DNA of 64,000 nt from Chitinophagales bacterium 65-1 (GTDB lineage: Bacteria; Bacteroidota; Bacteroidia; Chitinophagales; Chitinophagaceae), in the NCBI GenBank assembly GCA_002050465.1, contig MWYX01000061.1:459-64458 (forward strand), given 5' to 3'. A program made the position numbers and the translations under genes. Position 1 is the stretch's first letter. Every line of letters begins with the position of its first letter. Below the pieces are notes generated by a model. That model was not told the origin of the DNA and searched no databases. It was given only the letters and a program-made list of their open reading frames with translations. Positions 1 to 9,547 of this stretch are shown here, piece after piece.

Positions 1-205
1 TAAATGGATATAGATTAAAACTCAGGCTAAAAGCGGTAACGTCTCAAGGTTCTGGAAAACAATTTAAAACTACTATGATTCAACACCTAATTATAGTTTC
101 TGCAGTAGTTAGAGGGCAACCAGTATTGATTGAACTCATGCATTCGAAACTAAATAACAATAATGATATCGTTAAGCCTATTCGCCAAATAATTCATTTT
201 TAATA

Positions 206-541
206 TCACCTCAACTTCTCATTCTCCTTATGCCTTTCAGCATCTCTTACACTTTTCTTTTCAAAATTTTTATGCAGCGCTTCTGTAAGGTCAACGCCGG
301 TTTGGTTGGCAAGGCAGAGTAATACCCAAAGAATATCCGCCATCTCATCACTCAGCTTTTTATTCTTATCACTTTCTTTAAAGGACTGGTCTCCGTAAAT
401 TCTTACCAGGAGCCTCGAAAGCTCTCCCACTTCTTCCATCAATATCCCAAGGTTGGTAAGCGGGTTAAAATATTTTACACCAACTGTTTTTATCCATTCA
501 TCTACTTTTTGCTGAGCTTCTGTAATGGTAAGTTGTTGCAT
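206..541 (-). CDS. MazG-like nucleotide pyrophosphohydrolase (YpjD family)
   Basis: EEVGEL...DEMAD MazG motifs, 111 aa. Confidence 0.9.
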   Translation of the reverse strand: MQQLTITEAQQKVDEWIKTVGVKYFNPLTNLGILMEEVGELSRLLVRIYGDQSFKESDKNKKLSDEMADILWVLLCLANQTGVDLTEALHKNFEKKSVRDAERHKENEKLR

Positions 542-547
542 TACTTT

Positions 548-585
548 CTAATTTCTTATTACTTATTTCTAATTTCTTATTACTA
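548..585. repeat. Tandem heptamer array CT(A/T)ATT(T/A) x5 filling most of the greA-mazG spacer
   Basis: ctaattt cttatta cttattt ctaattt cttatta cta; the last triplet is the greA stop. Confidence 0.85.
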
Positions 586-1059
586 AGCAGTAATATACTC
601 AACCTTAAACTTAATCACCCCCGCAGGAACTTGTATCTCTGCTGTTTCTCCAACTATTTTCCCCAGCAATCCATTGCCAATTGGTGAGAACGCTGATATT
701 TTTCCTTGTTTCAGATCGGCTTCTTTTTCAGATACTATCTGGTAAGTAACTTTTTTCTTTGTCTTAAGATTAGTAAGGGTAACCTTGGTTAAAATAGAAA
801 CCTTGCTGGTATCAATATTTTCCTCGTCCACAATACGGGCTGTAGCAAGCACACCTTCCAGCTGCTTAATTTTTGCCTCAAGCATTCCCTGTGCTTCTTT
901 GGCAGCATCATATTCAGCATTCTCCTTCAGGTCGCCTTTTTCCCTTGCCTCTGCAATTGCCCTGGAAGCAGCGGGGCGTTCAACACCTTTCATGTGTTGC
1001 AATTCAACCTTCATTTGCTCAAAGGTTTCTTTTTTTACATAATTTGTATCACTGCTCAT
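583..1059 (-). CDS. greA: Transcription elongation factor GreA
   Basis: [20 protein letters not shown] and [10 protein letters not shown] motifs. Confidence 0.97.
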   Translation of the reverse strand: MSSDTNYVKKETFEQMKVELQHMKGVERPAASRAIAEAREKGDLKENAEYDAAKEAQGMLEAKIKQLEGVLATARIVDEENIDTSKVSILTKVTLTNLKTKKKVTYQIVSEKEADLKQGKISAFSPIGNGLLGKIVGETAEIQVPAGVIKFKVEYITA

Positions 1060-1097
1060 AAATCATTTTTATAGGTAGTTATGTCTTTCGGGTATCG

Positions 1098-1139
1098 AAA
1101 AAAAATACAACGCCCCATATTTACTGAAGCGTTGTATTT
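1098..1139 (-). terminator. Intrinsic terminator-like hairpin upstream of greA
   Basis: 11-bp stem aaatacaacgc (1103-1113)/gcgttgtattt (1129-1139); the A-run gives a U-tail on the minus strand. Confidence 0.7.
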
Positions 1140-1161
1140 GTATAAAGATAGAAAAATTATA

Positions 1162-2091
1162 TTATTCCAATTGTAGTTTTTCCAGCAAAATTTTTGACAT
1201 TTTGTAAAAAGCTTCATTACTGTAACCTGCGATATGCGGAGTAATTATTACATTAGATTGCAGTAAAAGCCAATCAAGCTGGTCATTTTCAAGGTTAGAA
1301 TAGGTTTCAAATTTTTCATTTTCCAATACATCCAGACCGGCGCCGGATATTTTACCATTTTGCACTGCATTTATCAGCTCAGCTGTATCTGTTATTTTCC
1401 CCCGGCTGGTATTAAGAAAATAGGGCTGCTTTTCCAGTGAATTAAAAAAAGATTTATCTGCCATATGATGCGTTTCATCTGTAAGCGGAACATGAAAACT
1501 TATCACATCAGAATACTTACAAAGATGATCAAGATTGGCTTCCCTGATATAATCACCTCCAAAATCAAATTTGTATTTATCATATGCGAGAACGGTAACA
1601 TCAAACGGAGCCAGTAATTTAGCAAAGGTGCTGCCTGTATTTCCAAATCCTATAATGCCAACTGTTTTTCCGTTTAACTCAATTCCGCGGTTAGCATCTC
1701 TTATCCATTTATTATTTTTTACCTCTTCAAAACTGGAAGTTATTTTATGCATTAATCCGAGAAGCATACCCAGTGCGTGCTCAGCCACAGCATTCCGGTT
1801 ACCTTCAGGGCTGCTTACGCATTTTATTCCTTTGGTTTCTGCATAGGCAGTATCAATCAATTCCATACCACTGCCAAGCCTGCCTATCCACTTTAATTTT
1901 ATGGCTTTATCAATAATTTCCTTATCAAGCTTAAGCCTTGTTGTTATAATAAGGCCTTCTGCCTGGTTAATTATTGCAGATAACTCCTCGTAATTTATTT
2001 TTTCAGCGTGCAGAATTGAGTATCCTCTTTGTTGCAATGTGGAGGTTAAATAATTGTGCGCCTTTGATGTTATAATTACAAGCCTTTTCAA
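1162..2091 (-). CDS. D-isomer-specific 2-hydroxyacid dehydrogenase (SerA/PdxB-like)
   Basis: GIIGFGNTG Rossmann motif, [18 protein letters not shown]. Confidence 0.9.
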   Translation of the reverse strand: MKRLVIITSKAHNYLTSTLQQRGYSILHAEKINYEELSAIINQAEGLIITTRLKLDKEIIDKAIKLKWIGRLGSGMELIDTAYAETKGIKCVSSPEGNRNAVAEHALGMLLGLMHKITSSFEEVKNNKWIRDANRGIELNGKTVGIIGFGNTGSTFAKLLAPFDVTVLAYDKYKFDFGGDYIREANLDHLCKYSDVISFHVPLTDETHHMADKSFFNSLEKQPYFLNTSRGKITDTAELINAVQNGKISGAGLDVLENEKFETYSNLENDQLDWLLLQSNVIITPHIAGYSNEAFYKMSKILLEKLQLE

Positions 2092-2480
2092 TTATTTGTT
2101 TTATTAACAGCTATCATACTAATTTCTACATTAACATTTTTGGGTAACCCTCTTACAGCCACCGTTTCCCGTGCAGGAAAATCTCCATCAAAATACCTTC
2201 CATAAATCTCATTTACATCTCCAAACAGCTCCATATCGCTTAAAAAGATTGTTGTTTTTACTACAGCATTAAAATCCATGTCAGCCTCTGATAAAATAGC
2301 TTTCAGGTTTTTCATCACCTGGTGCGTTTCTTCAATAATATCAGCATTTTCTAATTCGCCTGTGCCGGGCTTTAAGGCAACCTGCCCTGAAATAAAAAGC
2401 ATATCACCTGTTTTTATTGCCTGGCTATAAGGACCAATCGGGGCAGGCGCTTTAGGCGTATTAATAATTTGTTTAATCAT
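2088..2480 (-). CDS. ridA: RidA family reactive-intermediate deaminase
   Basis: [26 protein letters not shown]; start moved to MIKQ. Confidence 0.92.
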   Translation of the reverse strand: MIKQIINTPKAPAPIGPYSQAIKTGDMLFISGQVALKPGTGELENADIIEETHQVMKNLKAILSEADMDFNAVVKTTIFLSDMELFGDVNEIYGRYFDGDFPARETVAVRGLPKNVNVEISMIAVNKTNN

Positions 2481-2556
2481 AAGAGTTTTAAGGTGTTTAT
2501 AAAATTGCAAAACTTTCCATCAACTAACAAACCTATTTTTACATAAAGTTTTGTAC

Positions 2557-3192
2557 ATGCAGATAATGGTATTGGCAGATGCAGTGATTGAACAGGAATT
2601 TAGAAATAAAAAATTAAATCAGGGTATAAAGGTAATCTTTATAGAAAACCAATCATCCCTTTTAAATAATGAAATTAATTATGATAATATTGATTCTTTT
2701 TTTTTGTTAGAAGAAGCCATAAATAAAGATACTTATAGAGTATTTGGAACAAAACCGGTATTTATTAATTCTACTATTCATACTTTAAGCGAACTTGACT
2801 TACCGGGCAATTTTAACCGGATTAATGGTTGGTCAACCTTTATAAACCGGGATATTTGGGAGATAGCAACTTCACATAAAGAAATTGTGAATACTATTTT
2901 TCAAAAGATGGGGTGGAAATATATAACCGTGGCTGATGAGCCTGGTCTGGTTTCAGCAAGGATTATATCAATGATAATCAATGAGGCATACTTTGCATTA
3001 GGTGAAGGTGTAAGCAGTAAGGATGAAATAGATATTGCCATGAAACTGGGAACCAATTATCCTTATGGGCCATTTGAATGGGCCAAAAAGATAGGTTTAA
3101 AAAAGGTGTATAGCCTTCTGCAAAAGTTAAGTGAAACTAACAACAGTTACACTATAGCTCCGGAAATGAAAAATGAATTACTTACCGATTAA
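2557..3192 (+). CDS. 3-hydroxyacyl-CoA dehydrogenase family protein (C-terminal domain, degenerate N-terminus)
   Basis: DEPGLVSARIISMIINEA...IDIAMKLGTNYPYGPFEW; no GxGxxG. Confidence 0.8.
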   Translation: MQIMVLADAVIEQEFRNKKLNQGIKVIFIENQSSLLNNEINYDNIDSFFLLEEAINKDTYRVFGTKPVFINSTIHTLSELDLPGNFNRINGWSTFINRDIWEIATSHKEIVNTIFQKMGWKYITVADEPGLVSARIISMIINEAYFALGEGVSSKDEIDIAMKLGTNYPYGPFEWAKKIGLKKVYSLLQKLSETNNSYTIAPEMKNELLTD

Positions 3193-3869
3193 TGGCATTA
3201 ATACTAAATATAGATACGGCTACTGAAATTGCTTCAATTAGTATATCTGAAAAGGATATGATAATTCATTCTGCTACAAACACCAATCAAAAAGATCATG
3301 CCTCGTTTCTGCAACCGGCTATAAAAGATCTATTAAAAAAATCTCATCTCCCCATTAATAAATTGAATGCTGTAGCCATTACTGCAGGCCCGGGTTCATA
3401 TACAGGATTACGTGTTGGTATGGCCAGTGCAAAGGGATTGTGTTATGCGTTAAACATCCCTATGATAACCCTTAATACGCTGGAAGTAATGGCGTTATCT
3501 ACATTCAAACAAACAGAGGATAAATCAGCCTTGTATTGCCCGATGATTGACGCCAAAAGAATGGAGGTATTCACAGCAGTATATGATTACCAGCTTATAC
3601 AAATTATAGAACCCTGCGCAATGGTTTTAAGTGATAAATCTTTTAATGATACCCTGCAAACCAATAAAATTTATTTTTCGGGAAGCGGAATTAAAAAATT
3701 TAAAGAAATTAAAGATAACAAAAGAGCTGTTTTTTTAGATACAAAAATCGGTTCTGATGCTATGGCGCAATTATCGTATAAAAGTTATCTAAAAAAGCAC
3801 TTTGCAGATATTTACACCTCCTCACCTGATTATCTAAAGGAATTTTATACTGCATCTAAATTGGAATAA
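3192..3869 (+). CDS. tsaB: tRNA threonylcarbamoyladenosine biosynthesis protein TsaB
   Basis: ILNIDTAT, GPGSYTGLRVG, PMIDAKRMEV. Confidence 0.95.
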   Translation: MALILNIDTATEIASISISEKDMIIHSATNTNQKDHASFLQPAIKDLLKKSHLPINKLNAVAITAGPGSYTGLRVGMASAKGLCYALNIPMITLNTLEVMALSTFKQTEDKSALYCPMIDAKRMEVFTAVYDYQLIQIIEPCAMVLSDKSFNDTLQTNKIYFSGSGIKKFKEIKDNKRAVFLDTKIGSDAMAQLSYKSYLKKHFADIYTSSPDYLKEFYTASKLE

Positions 3870-3954
3870 TTGTTAAAAAGCCTTTTTTTGATGATTAATT
3901 ATTTCTTATATTTTTTACTGTTTCTTATCTTTACAATATCCAAACAACATTATT

Positions 3955-4305
3955 ATGTCTTCGGAATCTAACCAACAATTTGCTAACCAGGAAGCCGGTA
4001 AGGAAGGAGAAAATACATTGCATATTAATTATTACAATGTAAAAAAAGCTTCGCTCGTTCTTCGCTCATTAAATCATAAGCTTCGTCAGCAAATCGTTAA
4101 AATTATCAATGAGAACGAAAAGCTTGCGGTAACAGAGATTTATGTAAAGCTCAGGCTCGAACAATCTGTTGCTTCCCAACATCTTGCCATATTACGTAAG
4201 GCTGGTATAGTGGCTACAAAAAGGGAAGGTAAATTTATTTATTATACCATTAATAAGCAACGGGTTGAAGCGATTGATGAATTTGTAACAAAGCTGGTTG
4301 GTTAA
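3955..4305 (+). CDS. ArsR/SmtB family transcriptional regulator
   Basis: LNHKLRQQI...QSVASQHLAILRKAGIVATKREGKFIYY winged HTH. Confidence 0.92.
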   Translation: MSSESNQQFANQEAGKEGENTLHINYYNVKKASLVLRSLNHKLRQQIVKIINENEKLAVTEIYVKLRLEQSVASQHLAILRKAGIVATKREGKFIYYTINKQRVEAIDEFVTKLVG

Positions 4306-4388
4306 ACTTTACTTATTTATGTTTTGTAACACGGGTGCGATATAGTATCCGTTTTTTATTACATTATCTTTGTACTAATTATCTTTAT

Positions 4389-5792
4389 ATGTTCATAAAG
4401 CAAATTTATACAGGTTGCCTTAGCGAGGCAGCTTATTTTATTGAAAGCGAAGGCATAGCAGCAATTATTGATCCCTTAAGAGATGTAGATGCGTACATTA
4501 AACTGGCTAAAGAAAGAAATGCGGATATAAAATATATTTTTGAAACACATTTCCATGCTGATTTTGTAAGCGGCCACCTGGACCTAAGCAAGCAAACAGG
4601 TGCAAAAATTGTTTATGGCCCTGAAACAGAAACAAATTACACGGTTCACATAGCAAAAGATGGAGAAATTTTCTCTATTGGTAATATTACTTTACAAGCT
4701 GTACATACACCTGGGCATACAATTGAGTCTACATGCTATTTATTAAAAGATGAAAGTCAAATCCCGTATTGCATTTTTACCGGAGACACTTTATTTGTAG
4801 GCGATGTGGGAAGGCCTGACCTTAGCAGTGGCGACATGACCACAGAAGACCTGGCTTCCGTTATGTATGATACAATTCAAAATAAAATACTGCCTTTACA
4901 GGATAAAATTATTGTTTACCCCGCCCATGGTCCAGGAAGCAGTTGCGGAAAAAATCTGGGCCCGGATACCTTCAGCACCATTGGCGAACAAAAAAAAACA
5001 AACTATGCCCTCCAACCGCAATCAAGAGAAGAATTTATTAAGGCAGTCACATCTGGTTTAACTTCGGCTCCTGCTTATTTTGCGGTTAATGCAAAAATTA
5101 ATAAAGAAGGATATGATAGTCTTACTGAAGTAAAAACCAAAGGGCTTACACCTTTAACTGTAGAAGAATTTAAAAATAAGATTGCTGAAAATGTACTTAT
5201 ATTAGATACCCGCAAAGCTGCTGACTTTACGCAGGGATTTATTCCAGGTTCAGTATTTATAGGCCTTGAAGGAAGGTTTGCCGAATGGGCAGGAACTTTA
5301 CTTCCATTTCATGAGAGGATTATTTTAGTTACTGATGTGGGGATGGAAGAAGAAACCATTATCCGCCTTGCAAGAGTTGGCTTTGATAAAGTGGAAGGTT
5401 ATTTAAAGGGTGGCTTTGAAGCATGGGAAAATGCAAGTGAAAAGGTTGACCTGATAATTGATGTGGAAGCAGGTGAGCTGGCGCTGGATATAAAACATGA
5501 TCCTAAACTAACGGTATTGGATGTAAGACGGGAAACCGAATTTGGTGAAGGTCATATAAAAAATGCCATCAATTTACCCTTGTCTGATATGACTGATGTA
5601 GCGCAGATAGCAAATTTTGAAGATGACCAGAACTTATATATTCATTGTGCCGGAGGATACAGAAGTGTTATTGCAACATCACTGATGAAAAAACATGGAT
5701 ATCATAATCTGCGTAATGTTGTAGGTGGCTGGGGTAAAATTAAGGAAGAGAAAGATATTGAAATTGAAAAGGAAGCAAGTGTATTAAATTAA
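4389..5792 (+). CDS. MBL-fold hydrolase with two rhodanese domains (persulfide dioxygenase/sulfurtransferase-like)
   Basis: THFHADFVSGH, TPGHT, FTGD, PAHG, HCAGGYRS; start chosen downstream of promoter TATCTTTG (4365-4372). Confidence 0.9.
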   Translation: MFIKQIYTGCLSEAAYFIESEGIAAIIDPLRDVDAYIKLAKERNADIKYIFETHFHADFVSGHLDLSKQTGAKIVYGPETETNYTVHIAKDGEIFSIGNITLQAVHTPGHTIESTCYLLKDESQIPYCIFTGDTLFVGDVGRPDLSSGDMTTEDLASVMYDTIQNKILPLQDKIIVYPAHGPGSSCGKNLGPDTFSTIGEQKKTNYALQPQSREEFIKAVTSGLTSAPAYFAVNAKINKEGYDSLTEVKTKGLTPLTVEEFKNKIAENVLILDTRKAADFTQGFIPGSVFIGLEGRFAEWAGTLLPFHERIILVTDVGMEEETIIRLARVGFDKVEGYLKGGFEAWENASEKVDLIIDVEAGELALDIKHDPKLTVLDVRRETEFGEGHIKNAINLPLSDMTDVAQIANFEDDQNLYIHCAGGYRSVIATSLMKKHGYHNLRNVVGGWGKIKEEKDIEIEKEASVLN

Positions 5793-5794
5793 GA

Positions 5795-6685
5795 TCATTC
5801 CTTAACTACGAATTCACCATATTCCTCTTCATTGAAATTCCATTTCCACCTGTTATGGCTCCATAAATAAGCTGCCGGTTGCTTTCTGATACATTCTTCC
5901 GTTATTTCTATTAATTTACTGGTAAGCATTCCATCAGCAAACGCTTTGGGGGTTGTAGTTACAACCTGGTAATCCAAATTATAATAGCCCCTTTTTGCAG
6001 GATAAAAATGTAGGTAAGCAACAGCAGTATTATTTGCTTTGCTGGTTTTTTCCGGGCCTTTAACAAAAGGTACAAGCTCCCCAAAAAACGGTACCCAATA
6101 GGCGGCTCTTGGCTGCGCCGGTTTCTGATCTGCTACAAGTCCTAAAGCAAATCTTTTTTTAAGATAGGGATAAAATTGATTTCTGAATTTTGTAGCGTCA
6201 ATTAAAATTGCATTTTTAAATCTTGTTCTTAAGTTATAAATGAGCTTATTAACAGCTTTATTTTGTACGGGAATATAAGCTGTTATCAAAGGATATTTTA
6301 TAAATAAAGAAGTTCCGGCATTGGCAATTTCCCAGTTAAAATAATGAGCCGAGACTATTAAAAGGTTCTGGCCGGAATCATACAAAGAATTTATTTCATC
6401 AATATTAACGGTGAATCTTTTCTTCAATTCTTTTTCGCTGATGGAAAGCATTTTAATCGTTTCAATAAAAGTATCTGTAAAATGTTGGTAAAATTTCTTT
6501 GCAATTATTGTCCTTTCTTTTTCAGTTTTTTCAGGAAAAGCGATCTTTAAATTACTCATTACCACTTTTTTTCTGTAGCCGGCCAAATAATAAATTAAGG
6601 CATAGAATACATCGCTAATGAAATAGAGAACACGAAATGGTAAAAGAGAAATTATCCAAAGCGGACCGTAGACAAGATAATACAT
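5795..6685 (-). CDS. Lipid A/lysophospholipid acyltransferase (LpxL/HtrB family)
   Basis: AHYFNWE, ADQKP, YLWSHNRWK. Confidence 0.9.
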   Translation of the reverse strand: MYYLVYGPLWIISLLPFRVLYFISDVFYALIYYLAGYRKKVVMSNLKIAFPEKTEKERTIIAKKFYQHFTDTFIETIKMLSISEKELKKRFTVNIDEINSLYDSGQNLLIVSAHYFNWEIANAGTSLFIKYPLITAYIPVQNKAVNKLIYNLRTRFKNAILIDATKFRNQFYPYLKKRFALGLVADQKPAQPRAAYWVPFFGELVPFVKGPEKTSKANNTAVAYLHFYPAKRGYYNLDYQVVTTTPKAFADGMLTSKLIEITEECIRKQPAAYLWSHNRWKWNFNEEEYGEFVVKE

Positions 6686-6712
6686 CGGGCAAAGATAAAG
6701 ATACAGAGTTTC

Positions 6713-6752
6713 ATTGTTGAATTGTTGAATGGATGTATTGTTGAATGCATTG
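6713..6752. repeat. Tandem octamer array (ATTGTTGA)
   Basis: attgttga attgttga atggatgt attgttga atgcattg. Confidence 0.75.
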
Positions 6753-6781
6753 TTTTTTATTCAGAAATATTATCTTCATAA

Positions 6782-7138
6782 TCCATTATCTCAAATCTTC
6801 AATGCACTAAAAATTTATTAGGCATTAATTGGGAATATTATCGATATAGTAATGCGAACGGTACACATACCATAATGGAAGAACCCTACTTTGGAAATAC
6901 TCTGGCTAAAGAAAGAATATTAGGAAATAGACGTGATTGGAGCAGATTTAAACAAAAGTATCCAAATTCGGGAGATACCACTTTATATAGATTGTTTAAA
7001 AAATCACCTTATAAATTTTGGAGATGGGAAGAATATTTATTCAATTGGAGATATAGACTTCCTTATAAAAATTAGGAGGATATCCGTATGATTAGAGGAT
7101 ATGACTTACAGTATTCAAATAATTTTCAGGGATTTTAA
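6782..7138 (+). pseudogene. Decayed orphan ORF (5' truncated, internal TAG)
   Basis: Frame open from 6782, TAG at 7073-7075 (one change from TGG), then 20 more sense codons to TAA at 7136-7138. Confidence 0.5.
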
Positions 7139-7160
7139 AAATTGAATTCTTATAGGCAAA

Positions 7161-7772
7161 ATGAAAAAATTAATTATCATAATTATCGCTCTAAAATGTT
7201 TTACTGCAACTGGGCAAATTCCTGTAAATACTTTTACTCAAAAAGAAAAATTATACCTGCAAACATTACAACAAGCAGCAAAATATCTTAAAAGCACACT
7301 TACAAAATATTTTGCTTTTCATTCAACAGAAACTTATAGTGCTGATGAAGCTTTTTATGATACAGTACTTACAATGTTTTTTAATAAAGAAAAAATGCTG
7401 AAGAATTTTGAAAATAAAACTGAAGTATTTGCAGTAGAAGGTAAAATGGATATTGAGCGGCATTTATTAAATGGCTGCGATTATTACTTGGATTTTGTAC
7501 CCACCGATTCCATTTATGTAACCCCTGTACGTTATCGAATTACAGATACTTTAAGAGATTCAAATGACAGCATGCTATTAAATGCTATGGAAATATATTT
7601 TAATGTTGACGGGAAAAAAATTACTACACTTCTTTGCTGGTTTGATATTGATACAAATAAACTGTTAGGGTTAAGCCCATCAGGCTTAAACGTAGAAGAT
7701 AATAATCGATTAATGAACTTTCTGCGAAGACAAAAAAACTATTTTGAATACCCGGTTAAGCGGCAATTATAA
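7161..7772 (+). CDS. Hypothetical secreted protein
   Basis: 203-aa ORF with signal peptide MKKLIIIIIALKCFTATG-Q; no family recognised. Confidence 0.7.
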   Translation: MKKLIIIIIALKCFTATGQIPVNTFTQKEKLYLQTLQQAAKYLKSTLTKYFAFHSTETYSADEAFYDTVLTMFFNKEKMLKNFENKTEVFAVEGKMDIERHLLNGCDYYLDFVPTDSIYVTPVRYRITDTLRDSNDSMLLNAMEIYFNVDGKKITTLLCWFDIDTNKLLGLSPSGLNVEDNNRLMNFLRRQKNYFEYPVKRQL

Positions 7773-7784
7773 ATTGTACTTGCA

Positions 7785-9506
7785 TTACAACACTATATTC
7801 TGCAGCCTGTCGCTCTTATAGGGATAATCCGTATTAAAATGCAAACCCCTGCTTTCATGCCTTAGCTGTGCTCCTTTGGTAATTAAATATCCAACCGTAA
7901 TTAAATTTCTTACTTCGCAAAGCTGTGGGGATATTTCGGTAGCCTGGTACAACGCTTCTGTTTCTTCATGCAATAAATCAAGTCGTTTCATTGCACGTGC
8001 CAAACGAACATTTGTACGCACAATACCTACATAATCACTCATAAGCAATTGCAGTTCTTTTAAGCTTTGCGTAATTAAAATCATTTCTTTGGGGGCTGTA
8101 GTTCCGGCCGCATTCCAATCTGGAATTGCGGCCTCCCTCAAACCCTCTACAGCCCCCTCTAAATCTTCCCGGATAGGGGAGATTTCGCCGTTGCTTAGTG
8201 CCCAAGTTTCACTACCCGAAAAATTTTCATTATTGAAAACTGAGCTTTTGTGCGGATGGGAAGTCCCTCCGTTGGAGGGATTTAGGGAGGCTATATAACA
8301 CCTGTGCGCAAATACCATAGCTTCCAGCAATGAATTGCTTGCTAACCGGTTTGCACCGTGTAAACCTGTACTGGCACATTCGCCGCAGGCATATAAATTA
8401 TTGATGGATGTTCTTCCCCATTCATCGGTTTTTATTCCGCCGCAACTGTAATGCGCTGCCGGAGCAACCGGTATCATTTGTTTGGCAACATCAATAGCTA
8501 TTGATTTGCATTTTTCATAAATATTTGGGAAATGATGAATAAATTTTTCAATATCCATATGCCTGCAATCAAGATATACATGCTCAGTACCTGCAACTTT
8601 CATTTCATTATCAATAGCCCTTGCAACAATATCTCTCGGCGCCAGATCTTCCCTGGCATCATACCTTTCCATAAAAGCTTCGCCCTTATTATTGCGGAGA
8701 ATAGCTCCATCTCCTCTTACTGCTTCTGTTATTAAAAATGATTGCCCCGCAACTCCCGGCTCGTATAAAGCAGTTGGGTGAAACTGTATAAATTCCATAT
8801 TCTCAATCCTGCCTTTTGCCCTGTACATCATAGCAACTCCATCTCCGGTTGCAATTGCAGGGTTTGTTGTTGTACGGTATGCCTGTCCGTTACCACCTGC
8901 TGCCAATAACGTTATCCCGGAGATAATTTTTTCTATTTTATTTGTTTGCATGTTTATTACATACACTCCATAACATGTAATATCAGGTGTTGCTTTGGTT
9001 ACCAAAAAACCAAGATGGTGTTGTGTAATTATATCAACGACAAAACAATGATTAATAAGATTAATATTGGGTTTGTTTTTAATGGCAGCCAGTAAAGTTC
9101 TTTCCATTTCTTTACCCGTTACATCCTTATGATGCAGTATCCTTGATTCGCTATGGCCACCCTCTTTTCCAAGTGTATATTCACCTTCATGGTCTTTATC
9201 AAACCTGGCCCCCCATTCAATGATCTCGTTTATTCTTTCAACACCTTCTTTTACCACTATCTCCACAATTTTCCTGTTACATAATCCATCGCCGGCAATT
9301 AAAGTATCTTCAATATGCTTTTCAAAACTGTCATGATCCATATCCATTACTCCGGCAACGCCTCCCTGGGCATACTTTGTATTCGTCTCATCACTTTGAG
9401 CTTTAGTAAGAATGGTAACCGCTTTATCAGGACAATCCTGTGCAACCTTTAATGCATAAGTAAGTCCTGCTATTCCTGATCCTATTACTAAAAAATCTGT
9501 CTGCAT
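7785..9506 (-). CDS. nadB: L-aspartate oxidase with in-frame repeat-derived insertion
   Basis: IGSGIAGL, AQGG, EGGHS, QFHPT, TGLHGANRLASNSLLE, ESRGLH. Confidence 0.97.
   Translation of the reverse strand: MQTDFLVIGSGIAGLTYALKVAQDCPDKAVTILTKAQSDETNTKYAQGGVAGVMDMDHDSFEKHIEDTLIAGDGLCNRKIVEIVVKEGVERINEIIEWGARFDKDHEGEYTLGKEGGHSESRILHHKDVTGKEMERTLLAAIKNKPNINLINHCFVVDIITQHHLGFLVTKATPDITCYGVYVINMQTNKIEKIISGITLLAAGGNGQAYRTTTNPAIATGDGVAMMYRAKGRIENMEFIQFHPTALYEPGVAGQSFLITEAVRGDGAILRNNKGEAFMERYDAREDLAPRDIVARAIDNEMKVAGTEHVYLDCRHMDIEKFIHHFPNIYEKCKSIAIDVAKQMIPVAPAAHYSCGGIKTDEWGRTSINNLYACGECASTGLHGANRLASNSLLEAMVFAHRCYIASLNPSNGGTSHPHKSSVFNNENFSGSETWALSNGEISPIREDLEGAVEGLREAAIPDWNAAGTTAPKEMILITQSLKELQLLMSDYVGIVRTNVRLARAMKRLDLLHEETEALYQATEISPQLCEVRNLITVGYLITKGAQLRHESRGLHFNTDYPYKSDRLQNIVL
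8131..8292. mobile_element. REP-doublet/MITE-like palindromic element in frame inside nadB
   Basis: Inverted ends gcctccctcaaaccctct (8131-8148)/ggagggatttagggaggc (8274-8291); internal hairpins aaatcttccc-ggata-ggggagattt and aagtccctcc-gtt-ggagggattt. Confidence 0.75.
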
Positions 9507-9529
9507 ACCCGTAACCTAAAAGGGGAATT
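9507..9529. repeat. Degenerate short REP-like copy abutting the nadB start
   Basis: acccgtaacctaaaaggggaatt resembles caccccaacccctaaaggggct at 20681. Confidence 0.45.
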
Positions 9530-9547
9530 TAAAAATGAAAAATAAAA

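Noticed and set aside
75-203. 42-aa + strand ORF (MIQHLIIVSAVVRGQ...)
   Set aside because: Short, no recognisable motif, and the context is cut by the window edge.
8131-8292. Intein or self-splicing intron explanation for the nadB/ispG inserts
   Set aside because: No C/S...HN-C/S/T intein termini, too short, and no group I/II intron hallmarks visible.
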